Positions 21,583 to 35,766 are shown, counted from the stretch's first letter. The stretch: DNA of 64,000 nt from Yuukianura sp. NJ FZ-2021 (GCA_046563655.1 CM102285.1:2480001-2544000); one strand, 5' to 3'. Translations and numbers: made by a program. The notes: generated by a model not told the origin, from the sequence alone.

Positions 21583-23727
21583 ATGGCGATCCACACAAAG
21601 TCAATCATCTGTCACTTTTTCAAAACGCAACACACCTTATCCTCCTTCGGTCGCTGTGGTCATCGGTTTCCATCGCTCACTCCGAGGAAGGTCATCTGTC
21701 TAGAATCCATCTCAGGTCAGTTAACTGACCCGAGAAGACTGATTTCTACAGGGGCGAATTGCGGAAGAAAAAGTACAGTTACACAAATGTCCTCCTCATC
21801 TGCCTCAGTTGTGCCGACAGGCACAGCCTCTAATATGGACAATGCGAATGAAACAATCGAAGGGGCCAAAGTCAGCTCTAAGTTGGCACTTGCAACCAAA
21901 TATCATGGTTTGGAGAAGAATTTATGGTAAGTATCCACATTCGTACTCAACTCATCAAGTTTATAATTAACTAATGTGGATGTTTGACATTTTGACAGGG
22001 TGGAGTTTGTGGATCTGAATGCGAAACTAAAACCGCTAAACCTTGGACAAGGTTTCCCAGATTTCATGCCATCCGACAAAGTGGTCAAGGAATTGGCGAA
22101 ATGCTGTGAACTGACTGCTGACCCGCTTCTGCATCAGTACACCAGAGCGTACGGTCATCCGAGACTAGTAAAGGCTCTGGCCCAACTGTACTCGAGACTT
22201 ATCAATCGTTCCATCAATCCCATGACGGAAGTTTTGGTGACAGGAGGAGCATATGGGTATTTTCTCATAGATTAACTTGTTTTATCATTGTGGTTTGTTA
22301 CCAAACTCTTGATACTAATCAGCTGTACACCTTTAGGGCACTCTTTGCCGCAATTATGAGCAATGTGAACCCTGGTGATGAGGTACGTTTAAAAAGTACT
22401 ACCGTAAACTTTTCGTTTTTATTTGATATTGACATTGACCGAATTTAGGTTATCATTGTTGAGCCGTTTTTCGACTGTTACGAACCGCTTGTAAAGTTAG
22501 CAGGAGGTACATGCAGATTTATACCCCTGAAACCAACGGACCCTTCAGACGATACTTCAGCTTCGTGGAAATTAGATACAAATGAACTGGCATCTCTGTT
22601 TAATTCTTCGACAAAAGCCATCATCCTCAATACTCCAAACAATCCACTCGGCAAAGTGTTCTCACGATCCGAACTGCAGGTTAGTGCCAACGAAAACAAT
22701 GTATTGAATCTTAACTAATATTCACTTTTACAAAATTATTTTTGTTGGTTTAGGAAATTGCTGATCTTTGTATAGAACACGATGTCCTTGCAATCTCTGA
22801 TGAAGTCTACGAATGGATCGTTTACGACGGAAGTGAACACGTTCGTATTGCTGCTTTGGACGGAATGTGGAACCGAACCATCACGTAATCTCATTTGTAT
22901 TTCATATACTACGGCCTTCAATCGTCGACTTTTTAGTTAAAATCTAAATTGTGGCTTTAGGATTGGTTCTGCTGGGAAAACATTCAGGTACTGTTTAATG
23001 CAAACTCTACAAATCCAATGCGACTGAATGCTGTAACTCTACAAGACCTCATTCTATTACATTTTTAGTTTGACGGGATGGAAGTTAGGCTGGGCGTATG
23101 GTCCATCTGCACTCATGACAAACTTGTTCATTGCTCATCAAAACTGCGTCTACACTTGTCAAACTCCAGGTAACTCCTGCACAGTGGCTAAATTCCAAAC
23201 TACTCAAACGTTATGACGACTTGTGTTATTCGTATTCTGTGGTTACTTAGGACAAGAAGCCCTGGCAGTTGCTCTGGAAAAAGAGCTCAAAAGACTTGGA
23301 ACACCAGCGTCATTCTTTTCCAAAATGTGTGCAGATTTAAAACAACGTCGTGATGTGATGACTCGTTCCTTGAAAGACGCTGGACTCAAAACTGTGATAC
23401 CTGAAGGAGGTTATTTCATGCTTGCTGATTGGAAACCACTAGGTAAAATTTCTGAAATTGAGAAAGAGACTTGTTTTATCCGGATTTGATTCACTATTTC
23501 AATTAGAACCAAAAATTGACCTGAGTGCGGAGACGGACGAATGGATCGACTATCGATTTGTCAAATACTTGGCCAAAACTTGGAAGCTACTTGGAATCCC
23601 TCCGTCAGCCTTCTACTCGCAAAAGCACAAATCATTGGCAGAGGATTACATCCGGCTCTGTTTTTACAAAAAGACAGAAACTCTTCAACAGGCGGATGAA
23701 ATTCTCAAGAAACTAAAAACTCTGTAA
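21583..23727 (+). CDS. Kyat: Kynurenine--oxoglutarate transaminase / glutamine transaminase K (class I PLP enzyme), about 9 exons
   Basis: Motifs [68 protein letters not shown] (PLP lysine), [21 protein letters not shown]. Start codon uncertain (21583 or 21787). Confidence 0.92.
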
Positions 23728-24287
23728 GCAACAAATTAGATCCTCAAACCCCAAAGACAAAGTGGAATCAGGGCATGGATACAACTTAAATGAAACTAGA
23801 TTGTGAAATAGTTTAGGTTTTATGAGGGTATGGGCAGAAATAAATGAAACTAAGTTTACGTTTTAGGTAGTATTAGGTAGTAGTTACGTTCTGGTGGGAA
23901 AAAGTAGAAAGTTTTTTTTTTAAATGTAGCATCAGTTCAGTTTCACTTCAAGTGCGAAAATAGAACTTTATTTATGAGCACACCGAAGAGAAAGAAAGCA
24001 ACAGCGCCGAATCGTTAGCATTTGAAATTAAAAATACTTTTGTGCTGTAAATTAACCTACAAAAACTCAAATTTAAAGCAGAAAAAAAATTCTGATGCAC
24101 ATTTTTGGCTTCGAATGTGTTGGCGGTATGCTGCATAATGCAAAACGCATTCTGAGCAACTTGCTCATGCCCTTTTCATGTCAGTATTTGCATGCAATTT
24201 ACTACAACATAGAAACATTTCGGTCACTGAGCATCAACCTCATGAACTATCTTCATTACAAATATTTTTGCTGTTTGTCAAACACAA

Positions 24288-26384
24288 ATGTCGTTGTTGT
24301 GCATTTCGTTCCTAGTTTCCAGCATTTTTTCCGTTTTTACGACTGGTGAAAATGGAACAGAGGGCGCCAAAACTCAAACTTTGTTGAAAACTTTTCCTAC
24401 ATCAAAAACAGGGTGCTTCAATCCTAATGAAATCCATTTGTCAGCGGTAAGTTTCAAAAAATGACTACATTATTTATTAGTTTTAACATAACCGCGACGT
24501 TAACGCATGAGTGTGAGTTCGGAACGCGATATATGTTCGAGTGACTATTCCTCAGAATCGTAAGTTAGATATTCCAAAGGATTAGAATTCTGAGGATTAG
24601 ACACACTTTTCGATACCACAGTTAAACTATACGTTCTGAATTCACGGACATCCAGACCGCGGCCTTACCTTCACACATACATGTACAACCGGAAATGAAA
24701 ACGAAAAAATACCACATCGTTTGCAAAATCAAAATCAAGTTTTGATTGATTTTAAGCCAGAGCTCATTCTTGGACGTGGATTACCACTAGAAGTGCATAC
24801 GGTTACAACGAGTGATGGGTACATTTTGACGCTGCATCGAATCCCGAACCAAGGAAAACCGCCCATCATTGCCATGCATGGAATGTTCCAAAGTTCACGG
24901 GATTTCTTGATGAATTGTGACAGAAAAGCATTTGGTCAGAAGAAATGTTTTTTACTTCAAAGTTTTTTAAGAATATATTCTAATTAGCAATTGTATTTAT
25001 ACTCCAATAGGCTATTACATGTGGGATGCTGGTTACGACATTTGGCTAGTGAACGTACGCGGAAACCCTTATTCACGCGGCCATCTAACATTGAATGCGG
25101 ATAGGAACGCCACCTACTGGGATTTTGCGTACGTTTTTCTTAATTTTTTATACGCTATTATTCCACAATTTTTTTTCTTTTTGAGTTTAAATGTTTTTGT
25201 GTAGTGTGGATCAAGTAGCACAGTATGACGTACCTGCCTTCATTGACTACGTTATTGCCGTAACAGGGAAGAGCACTGTAACCTGGGTAGGGTATTCGTT
25301 GGGTACAGCTGCCATCATGGCAATTGGCACGGTTCAACCGCTGTATCTGCAGAAATTGAACCTGGTATTTCTTTTGGGTACGACAGCGTACGTTGGAAAA
25401 ACTAAAAGTCCACTAATGCGCTCACTTGCTCCTCTTGCTGAGATTCAAGACGTAAGGTTATGCCAATTAATAACATTATGTAGGTTAATAACACGTGCTA
25501 AGACATCTACGTACTACAACTGTAGGAATATATATTATATACTAATACGTATCTTTCTAATATTTGTAATAGAGTTAGATACTTTACCTATGTAGTCGGT
25601 GCTACACTACGTAGGGTAACGTGTACAAGATGCTATAGTATTTTATGTATGTAGTTTAGACTAACCTGTATGATATATCGTATCACATATATATATATGT
25701 AAAAATCTCATCAGGATTGTATGTTTTTCAGAGGATTATGACTGCGCTGAATCATGGTGAAACGTTGCCGCTTTTTTTGTTCCCGATTATGCGTACTATA
25801 TTTCCAGTCATGTGCTCAATAGAAGCTAAACTAGGAGTGTCTGGACCATGCACGTTTTTTCTGTTTATCGTAGCCGGCTTTAATAAGGAACAAGCAAATC
25901 CGGTAAACAAGAATAATAGAAATCTAGAAATCGTAGGCTTCTAAAATGTGGTTATTCGAATAATTTGTTTTCTGAATCCGTTGTTTTTACCGCCAACCAG
26001 TCAATCCTACCTATGATGCTCGGAGGGACTCCAGGATCACTCTCAATTAAAATGTTGAGTCAATGGTACCAATGGATCAACACTGGAAAGTTTTCCTTTT
26101 ATAACTACGGTACAGCCCGGAATATTGCAAAGTATCGACAACCTGAACCCCCTGTTTACGATTTATCAAAATTTACTGCTAAAGTAGTCAATATGTGGTC
26201 TGAAAATGACTGGCTGTCGGTTCCAGACGACGTACAAAAAACAGTTAGGGAGTTGCCAAACGTCGTTAGTAATATTCGTATAGGAATGGACTCGTGGAAT
26301 CATTTGGATTTCATTTATGGGAAAGATTCCGATAAGTTTGTTTACGCTGAAATTCTCGGAGTGTTGCGTACATTTTTAACATAA
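24288..26384 (+). CDS. Secreted acid lipase (gastric/lysosomal lipase, Lip3-like), 6 exons
   Basis: Exons about 24288-24446, 24757-24933, 25011-25128, 25205-25451, 25732-25902, 26001-26384. Signal peptide; VTTSDGYILTLHRIP, MHG, GYDIWLVNVRGN, nucleophile GYSLG, NDWL, NHLDF. Confidence 0.9.
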
Positions 26385-26818
26385 CGTTAGTATTCCTTAA
26401 TTAAAAAAATTATTAATGAAGTTAGTTAACAAGTTTGTTGTGATTATGATTTTGGCAGTTCTCTCTTGACATTCTTTATAAATAATCTAATTTAAACTAA
26501 ACTTTAAAGATGTTACATTTACATTTTTTTAACCTAATTAATAAATTAAAATAATAAACCTAAATCGTGAAATTAATAAATCTCAGCGTACAACGCTGAC
26601 TGATAATTCCGTCTTATCCGTGGAATAGTCACAAAGAAACTCACGTTTTTACAGCAGTGGGCACAATTTGTGATATGTCTTTCACTTCAACCGGAATCAA
26701 CACAAAATCAAAACAAACATAAAATTCGCTTGAAAATTGTACAACGATTTAATACAATTGTTGATTGTCATTGTTGTTACAATCTATCTGCAGTGCAGAC
26801 TCTACGGTGGCAGCTGAC

Positions 26819-27203
26819 ATGAATGCCATTAGAGAGATATCCCAAACCGGACAATGGTGGTACTGCCAATTGCGAAACACACTACCCGGAATCAGCTGCC
26901 TCTACTCTAGACTTCTTCAGGAACCCAGTAATCTTTCGGTAAGTTCATCGCCTCTAACTTAATAAGGCCTTTATAAACGTGCCATAATAAAATAACGCTT
27001 TTTGTCAGATTCAAAGCCGAACGTATAAGATAAAAGCACATCCTCATAGACGTTGCAAAGATTGCTATTTAACGTTCATCGATGGACTCCTTCATAATCT
27101 CTGTAAGACTCATCCCAGGCACAAGCAAAGACAGAAACCACCATATATCACAAATTCCAGAATCATCACATCTGTTTGCACCGCCCCACGGAGACCGTGG
27201 TAA
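26819..27203 (+). CDS. mRpL36: Mitochondrial ribosomal protein L36 (bL36m), exons 26819-26938 and 27009-27203
   Basis: Exon 2 translates IQSRTYKIKAHPHRRCKDCYLTFIDGLLHNLCKTHPRHKQRQK...RRPW*, the L36 zinc ribbon plus the invertebrate-type tail. Phase-0 GT-AG intron. Start codon tentative. Confidence 0.85.
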
Positions 27204-27371
27204 GGTCAGTTCGACATGCCTGCACGTACGAATATGTTAAACTCTATGTTCATAGTCACTAAATGTTAGTGCATAGTGGTTACATTAATGGAAATCCATA
27301 AAAACCAGTCATCATATGTTACTTTTCGAAAATCGAATACATGATTTAATAGTCCTAATTATTAGGTTTGT

Positions 27372-29826
27372 TTATTTTCCAAGTAGCTCCCTTGCATCCG
27401 AGATGAACTTAACAGATGATATCCCGTTAAGCCTACCCTCTACCTTTACACGAGCTTCGATTGATACAGTCGACATTGCTTTCTCCAAAAACGTTTCTAC
27501 GTTAGTGTCCAAATCGTCATAGACTTTGAAAAATGTCGCACATTTTTCACCGATATCAGGTGGAAACAGGAATACAAGACGATTCTCTTTGAACTTGCGA
27601 ACTTTGGCTACGTAATTCTTATATTCATCTAAGGTTGGAAACGTCTTATGTGTATTTGTGAGGTCAATGTAGAGTTTGTTATAGGACACAAGACGAGACT
27701 GTTGCAGGCGCTTCACTCCACCCAAAAACGAAACTGCTCCATCGGAAGCGACTTTGACGTCAGTGACACACTTCATAATCTGTTTGTAGTTGGACACTTT
27801 CTTGCCGTTGGACTCGGAAACGACGAAGTATGGACGAAACGTTTCCTCGCAAAGCTCGACTTCACACTTTGGCTGGTAGTTGTACGCTGCAATGAGATGC
27901 CCACTGAGATCCAACGTTTTATTGTCAAAAGCAAATGGAATCATCTCCTTGTGACTGTATTGAAGCAAGTGGAAATGCTTCAAAGCGTTCTTGTTCTTCA
28001 CCTCGTAAGTCAGAAATCGACCATCTTCAGTCGTCTTGAAAGCCTTCTGCGCCAGATAGTATCGCTTTTCGAACTCTTGTGGAATACGCTTCAAATCCTT
28101 TACCACCGAAAGTGTCTTGGCTCTGTCCCGAACAAACTCGGTATCCACGTTATCATATCCAAAGTAATCCAAGATTTCCAACATCTGATCTGCAACACCA
28201 GAGAACATGCGAAGCCGTTCATGGGCAAAGAGCTTCTTGTCTTGTCCAAACAATATGGAGGATCCTTCGGTACAGTAAAAGCAGGCTACTGCAACTGGAA
28301 CACGTTCCTGTGGATCCAAGGGCAAACTGGACAGGGCTAATCGAACCTTAGAATTTTCCAGTCTGCGAAATGCGTAGTCACGCAGTTTGCATACGACTTC
28401 TTCTTCGATCCATTGCTTCTTTTGACAATGCTTCCAAATGACAAAATACCAAAGCGAAAAATCTGGACAAACTTTTTTCCCTCTGAAGAAAGTGTGAGCC
28501 AAAACGTAATCGTTCCAAGCATCAGCTTCCGTTGAAGTTGAAAATATTAACCCGCCAAAAATTTCTTCATTTGTCATAGGATTTACCAGACGTTCTCCAG
28601 AATCCTCAGCATGTGACTTCAACGACTTGAATGTTTCTAAGGAATAGACGTGTCCCACGCAAGCGTCAACGGAGGCATAAAGTGCACAGTCTACTATCGC
28701 GCGAAACTTTGAATAAGATCCGTTTTCCCAATACTTCAAAATGAGATCCGTGATTGGGAGAAGTAAAATGGGTTGGGCCAATTCGTTTTCGAGAGTGACA
28801 CAGTCGTAGAACTTGCATTCTTCGACGTCAACCAAAGTGTCAATTTCGGGTTCCTCGTCAGCGACTTCCAATCGTTCAGTTTTGAAATCCAATTTGATCC
28901 CGTTGAAGTCAAAGGATTTGTGCTTGGTATGAATGTAGTTAACGAGGGAAGAAATCTTTCCGTCGATTTGAGTTCGCGCGGTTTTCAAATTTGCGTTAGT
29001 CAGGTTTCGATAGAATTCGCACTCCTCGAGATCACGGATCAAATCTTCCTTCTTTTTCGACCGAAATTTTTCAGATTGGGTGACATCCTGTAAAATTTTT
29101 TGAAAATGTACAAATTTTGAGATTTAACTAAAATTAACTTTATTTTTAGCATTTTTGGAGGCATACTGTCTTCGCTCCTGTGTCGATTTTGCCCAATTCT
29201 AACAGAAGACGCTTGCGCAATGCTCCTAATCTTTCCGATTCCTCTAGTGCATCCAGATCACTTCCCATGAATTTGGCTTGAATGAAATCAGACATTTCTT
29301 GCCATCGTTCATCAAAGTTCTCCACGGTGATGGAACTGTAGTCGAATGGAATGGCAGTGTTGATGGTCTTGTACTTGGTGTCATTTGTGTAAATTTCAAC
29401 TTCAGTTCCGCTCATGAAACTGGCACCGACTGACATGTCAATTTGCCTGGTATTGATGATGATGAACTTGACAACGGCATAGGTCATGGAGCTGTTTAAG
29501 GCACTGCACTTCCGGAGTTCTGAGACTTCAATTTCTCCATCGGTGATTAACCAGAGTTCGACTCGCCTGTTTTTCAGATTCGTCTGGATCCATTTGATAA
29601 TTGTGGAGGGATAAGTACATCCGTTACCTTCTTGACGTTTGATGACTCCGTCTAGTTGTCCCGCGGCAGCTTCAACGCAGTGGTCATCCCACAGAAGATA
29701 CTTCAACGACACTCCATCAGTTACACTTGCTCTGAATTCATCCACGTATTTCTTCCCAATCGTGTGGTAATGCTGAGATCCATGTGTGGATCCAGAGTAA
29801 TCCCATGCTAAAACCCTAGTCGGCAT
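27372..29826 (-). CDS. ~790-aa protein with an N-terminal vWA/MIDAS-like domain, resembling baculovirus/bracovirus P94 (exons 29826-29167, 29087-27372)
   Basis: Phase-0 GT-AG intron 29088-29166 joins ...GAKT|DVTQSEKF... Motifs WDYSGST, GCTYPS, LITDGEI (DxSxS..T..D). The P94 similarity is from recalled size and motif pattern, not from a search. Confidence 0.7.
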
Positions 29827-31063
29827 ATCCTGTTTAGAAAATCTGCAAATCCAAAATATTTATGGACATTTTAAAATTAGTTTCTTCAAAACCGCAGCAA
29901 ATTCGCCCAAAATTTAAAAAATAGCTTGGTGAAATTATCAGTTTGGGTTTCAAATTTACCAGCAAATTCTAAGTTGAAAAATGCAGATTTTGTGGTGGTT
30001 TCAGTCCTTCTTGGTTTCACTTTTAAGTTGACGAATTTCGAAAATAACGTTTCTCGCTAGATGTTTTGAAAGAAAAAAGAAAAATAAGCAATTCGAAGTT
30101 TGCGTTTCTTTTTCGCAAAAAAATATTTGCTTGAATGTGCTTTGGAGATACTAACTCACACTGTTGCACAGTGTTGAGAACCGCTTTGGAATTGAAACAC
30201 AACAGCATGAAAATGGTAGCTTTTAAATGGTAATTTGGAATCGTGAAAGTAGCGTTTTTCTTTGGAAAACAAACCAATGATGCACACGGAATAACGAAAA
30301 CGACCATCGAACGCTAGTAAAAATAATTATGCAATCGTCATTCTTTGGTTGCATCAGCAAGACCATTGCATGCCAAAGTCAAATCATTTGTATCTGTTCA
30401 TGGTCATTCTCAAATCGTCAGCTTTGGGTATTCCGCAGTTGAAACGCAAACCATTCGTTTTATACACATTTTGTTCATCATCAATCTTTCATTTTTTGAA
30501 GAATTTTTACGGAATCCGTGAAGAATTTTTACGGAAGCGTAAAAGGTGCAACAACGTTTCATTTCAGTGAAACACAAAAGAAAAAAACAAATTGTTTGCT
30601 TATTTATTCATTTCTTGACTTTAATTTCCTTTACCCTGTTTTATTTCTTATTTATTTTATTACATTTTTTTGCAATATTTTAATAGGTAAGTAATACCCT
30701 TGGTTGTTTTGAAAGCCGAATTTTCCGATATCAGATACCGCCATTTTGTGTTGTTCTTGAGACGCTTTTTGGACGAATAAAAGGAATACTGTCACAAATT
30801 ACGATCGTAATTAAGGTTTATCATTCCAGAATTCACATTCAACACAATAAATGAATAAATAAATTCCAGACAACAGCACACGTACTATCTCCTACGCCAA
30901 AAGTATTTTCGTATATTTTTTGGATTTCCTAAGTGAAAATGACGTTATGCAAGGATGAAAAGTGCTGTTAGTGCTTACGAGTTCTACTTTGTAGGATTCT
31001 CAGCCTCAAGCTGGATTTCGTATTAAAGATCTACACACAATGTATATGTTAACCACCCTTTCT

Positions 31064-32331
31064 CTACTTACCAGATACACTCTTAAGTATCAAAAGGACA
31101 GTAATAATGTTATTGACAATGTTCTGATTTACTATTACCCCCAACTCCATATCGACACGGCTAAGTGGTCCACACTTCATCCAGTACCTTCTCAACGTTT
31201 TGACTGCCTTTTTTTGTTCAGTATTACAAAGAGTAACCCTGTTATAGAATTTCAAAATGCATGTACCTGACCTGTTGTATGCTATTGCTCCTAATGTAAT
31301 TGCAATGTTTAAAAAGACAAACACCAACGTTGCGCCACTAAAAAACAGAATGGAGAACAGTGATATACCAAAGTTTAAACAGATAGCATAATACACAACA
31401 CTGAATACAGAAGCTATTACAAAGTACATCCCTGCCGGCCACTGTACAAAGTCGCTAAATACAGAATAAAATATGTAGATAACCTTGCAGTGTCGTATTT
31501 GCAACGACATTGTAGTTTGTAGTCCTTCACTTTGTTGTATGAGTTGACTCAACCGCAAGAGAACTACATTACTGGTTAAATTGATCATTATTACATACTG
31601 AATGTATTTGTAAAAAAGAAAGTAAAATAGTACATAAATTAGCAAGAAACTAATAATTATGAGTGTTATTGAGACATATCCTTTCATGGCTACGTATTCA
31701 TTAAACGATGGTACCCAATCAAGGACAGCCACACACACTAGTGTTGCGTCCAGAAAAAATAAAAAAGGAGTAAAAATTGCAAAAAAGGCAAGAACATGTT
31801 GGGCCGCAATATAAAACCATTTTGACAACTGGTAGCTTAATTGTTCATCAGCTATGTACAGCGCACTACCTACAAATTTCAGTTTTGTTTTTGAAATTGC
31901 ATTTATATGTTACAAAAATTTAGTAAGTATGTAAATGTATTAAATTTTAATTATAATGATTCACCTTTTCTTGATGTCAAAGTCGAATACAAAATGTTGA
32001 CATACTGTTGCCAATCCTTTTTCCGCCAAATCGAGTTCCAATCAAGACTGATGTTGTGAATAATCAAAAAAATTAAGCCAGTTATGGCACCTGTAAGTAC
32101 AGGATTGACATTTGTTGCGTAGCTGGCGTAAGTCAATAAAATAAACCATGACAAACTGAAACAATCAAATGCCAGAATCCACAATGATTTTGTACCTGCG
32201 TCATTCGCTAGTATAAATTTTTTTTCTCGCTTGTTCCAGATAAGTGGATTTTGATAAGTATTGTGAGCGCTTCTTATAACATGGTGCAACAACAAAATAA
32301 GTTTCCGGCGAGTAGAAGTAGCACCAGGCAT
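31064..32331 (-). CDS. Family A chemoreceptor-like gene (exons 32331-31965, 31869-31064)
   Basis: Two open exons, phase-1 intron, strongly similar to 34217-35495 and 38235-39482. Confidence 0.75.
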
Positions 32332-32802
32332 GGTGACGGAAAACGCAACTAATGATACGATTGGTAGTGCAATTCAAATGAGTTTTAGTTGATGGATATT
32401 GCTCAAAACGGTAGGATGTTAAATATACTTAACTTGGCTGTTGCCATGGGTTGTACTAAAAGCCACTTTGTGCTGAAAGCCTGCTTGTCTAAAAATTAAA
32501 AATTGAATTGACCCAATGGAAGGATTAACTAAATAATTTAAAAGTGGCAAGTTTTTGACTGTTTTCTTCCAATAAGTCAATTGAATAAAAATTAATTCAT
32601 AACTTTACATAAGTATTTCTCCGATGATATTGTTGGACAATTCCTGACAGCGTAGTTGACGTAAGGAATGAGACGGGTAGTTCGATTTTCCCGGGGATTT
32701 CTAGAAATTAGCTACTAACTATGAATTTGAATGTTGGGTGAGCTGAAATTTTGATTAATCCTGTTTTAGAGCAACTATAGGTGGAGTTAAACCTTGAGAA
32801 AA

Positions 32803-32853
32803 AATTGCTTAGATAAAATAAATCAATAATTGGTTGATTTTATCTAAGCAATT
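32803..32853. repeat. Hairpin with 17-bp perfect arms; paralogous copy at 39952-40006
   Basis: AATTGCTTAGATAAAAT-N17-ATTTTATCTAAGCAATT. Confidence 0.8.
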
Positions 32854-34216
32854 GTTATACTAATTATTAGTTACTAACTAATTATTATTAGTGACAGGCA
32901 AATTACCTTCTTCTACAGACGCATGTTGAGACTATGATACGACTTCGTCCGTCTGTCTGTCTGCCGGACATTATAAAACTCTGGAGCGACTAGACCGATC
33001 TCCAATCTGTCTTTACAGATGAAGTTTACATTAGGTTGTGCGAATACTCTGTTTACTGTTTGACCGGAAGTGGATAATTTAGTAGTCAAAGTTCAAGGTC
33101 AATTACTTTTTTTACTTGCAGTTTGTGAGTGAGGGTGAAGTGGGTGAAGAGTGATTTCGGAGATTTGCAATTTCTGATTGGCGCATTTCTGAATGGTAGG
33201 AATCATGGAAAGCTACGTTGCAGAGGGAAAGTTCATTTAAAAAAAAGCAGCGTCAAACCTCGTCAAAATTTTATTCCCAACGACATTTCGAAGCTTTGGG
33301 GAGTCGAAAGGTATTTGAAAACTTGAAAAATATTAGTAACAAAAATTAAATATTACAAAAGCTGTAGTAAGTAAAATTTTTTGCGTAGCTTTGCAATGAG
33401 GTACGAGACGTGATAGTCGTGGACACGACATCTTCGTGTGTTTAGCAGAACCTGCAGTACGAGACGTTGTTGAACTAATCAATGACTGTGCACCCATCGA
33501 TGTTGAGCTATTGACTACGAAGGACGATGTGGAGCAACAATGGTTTTTATTGAGTTGAATATAAATTGGCTTTCAAAGTTAACAGTCACAGCGTAACCTT
33601 CACTTGACCTCCTCGTACAATTCAAAAGAATAAAAATTATGTCAAGTTGGGATTCCGTATTCACATTTCCAGAGAGTGGTACACTAAAATATTGTATTAA
33701 CTAAATATCGTGCTAAAAATAATTAACACTATTTTTTTTTTTACTTTTTGACTCAAATTTTTGAGAACGTCGTGGCACAAGCGACTAAGGAAAGTACAGT
33801 AATGTTTGTGGTTCTTTTCATCTAAAAAACATCGGCGGTGGGAAATACGGTAATGATAGCATCAAAAATTCCGCGCTTTAATTTACTTTCGCTTTTATTT
33901 TCCTTAAAGAAAAACACTTTCATGAAACTTATTGGCTAAAGGTATTATAACTCTTATAACTATTTTATAACATATAAATTGTATTACTCGTGCTTTAATT
34001 TTTTTTTTGTTTAATTATTCTCCAAAACAAAAAGTTAACAAGTGAATTTTGGTTAAAAGAAGAAATATGGAGGCATATATATCTTCGTTCCTGTGCAATG
34101 CTAGAAGAAGTCGCTTGTGTAATACTCCTAATCTCTCTGATTCTTCGCATGCACCCAGCTCAACCTCAAGTTGGGTTTCGTATTAAAGATCTACACACAA
34201 ATTGACAAAGTATACT

Positions 34217-35495
34217 CTAACCACTCTTTGTGTACGGCCCAGATGCACTTTTAAGTGTCAAAAGAAGAGAAATAATGTTGTTGACAATGTTCTGATTTAC
34301 TATTATCCCCAACTCCATATCGATACGGCTAAGTGGTCCACACTTCACACAGCACCTTTTCAGCGATTTGACTGCCATTCCGTGTTCAGTGCTACAGATA
34401 ACCCTGCTATACAGTTTGGAAATGCATGTACCAGACCTAGTGTAAGCTTTTGCTCCTAATGTAATTCCAATGTTTAAAAAGAGAAACACCAGCGTTGCGC
34501 CGCTAAAAAACAAAATGGAGAAAAGTGATATACCAAAGTTTAAACAGATAGCATAATACACAACACTGAATACAGAAGCTATTACAAAGTATATCCCTGC
34601 CGGCCACTGCACAAAGTCACTAAATACAGAACAAAATATGTAGATAACTTTGTAATGCTGTACTAGCAAAAACTCTGTAGTTTGCAGTGCTTGACTTTGT
34701 TGTATGAGGTGACTCAACCGTAAGAGAACTACATTTCTGGTTAAATTGATCATTATTACATACTGAACGTATTTGTAAAAAAGAAAGTAAAATAGTACAT
34801 AAAGTACCAAAAAAGTAAGACTTGCGATTGTTATTGATAGAAGTCCTTTCAACGTTACGTATTCATCAAACGATGGTACCCAATTAAGGACAACCTCACA
34901 CACTAGCTTTATGTCCAGAAAAAATAAAAAAGGAGTAAAGATTGCAAAAAGCAAAAGAACATATTGAAACGCAATGGAAAACCATTTTGATAGCCGGTAA
35001 CTTAATTCTTCATCAGGTATGTACAGCGCAGTACCTACAAATTTCAGTTTTGCATTGGAAATTACATTCATATATTACAAAAATATAGTATATATAAATA
35101 TGTGGATATTAAATTTTATTAGATTCACCATTTCTTGATGCCAAAGTCGTATACAACATGTTGACATACTGTTGCCAAACTTTTTTCCTCCAAATCGAAT
35201 TCCAATCAAGACTGATGTTGTGAATAATCAAGAAAATTAAGCCAGTTGTGGCACCTGTAAGTACGGGATTGACATTTGTTTTGTAGCTGGCGTAAGTCAA
35301 TAAAATAAACCATGACAAACTGAAACAATCAAATGCCAGAATCCAGAATGATTTTCTTCCTGCGCCTTTCGCTAGTATAAATTTTTTTTCTCGCTTGTTC
35401 CAGATAAGTGGATTTTGATAAGTATTGTGAGCGCTTCGTATGACATGGTGCAACAACAAAATAAGTTTCCGGCGAGTAGAAGTAACACCAGGCAT
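34217..35495 (-). CDS. Family A chemoreceptor-like gene (exons 35495-35129, 35034-34217)
   Basis: Two open exons with the same intron position and phase as the paralogs. Confidence 0.75.
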
Positions 35496-35766
35496 GTTGA
35501 CGGAAAGCACAACTAATGTTAAGATTAGTAGTGCTATTCAAGTGAGTTTTAGTTGAAGGATATTACTCAAAACGGGAGGATAGGCTACAAAATTGCCTAT
35601 TACTGTTTAAAAAATTACACATTTAATTGAGCTAATGGATCGATTAACCAAATAATTTGAAAGTGAAAAGTTTCTAACTGTTTGAGTCACTTAAAATAAG
35701 CCAATTGAATAGAAGTAGTTAATAACTTAAGTATGTCTCAGGGGAGTATTCAACAAATGCTGACAT

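Noticed and set aside
27648-28340. 230-aa plus-strand ORF (also 28773-29093)
   Set aside because: Antisense shadow of the P94-like coding exon; no motifs.
32940-33110. DINE-1/Helentron-like fragment (GTCCGTCTGTCTGTCTG); similar reverse motif near 21290
   Set aside because: The short GTCY microsatellite is suggestive, but diagnostic termini could not be defined.
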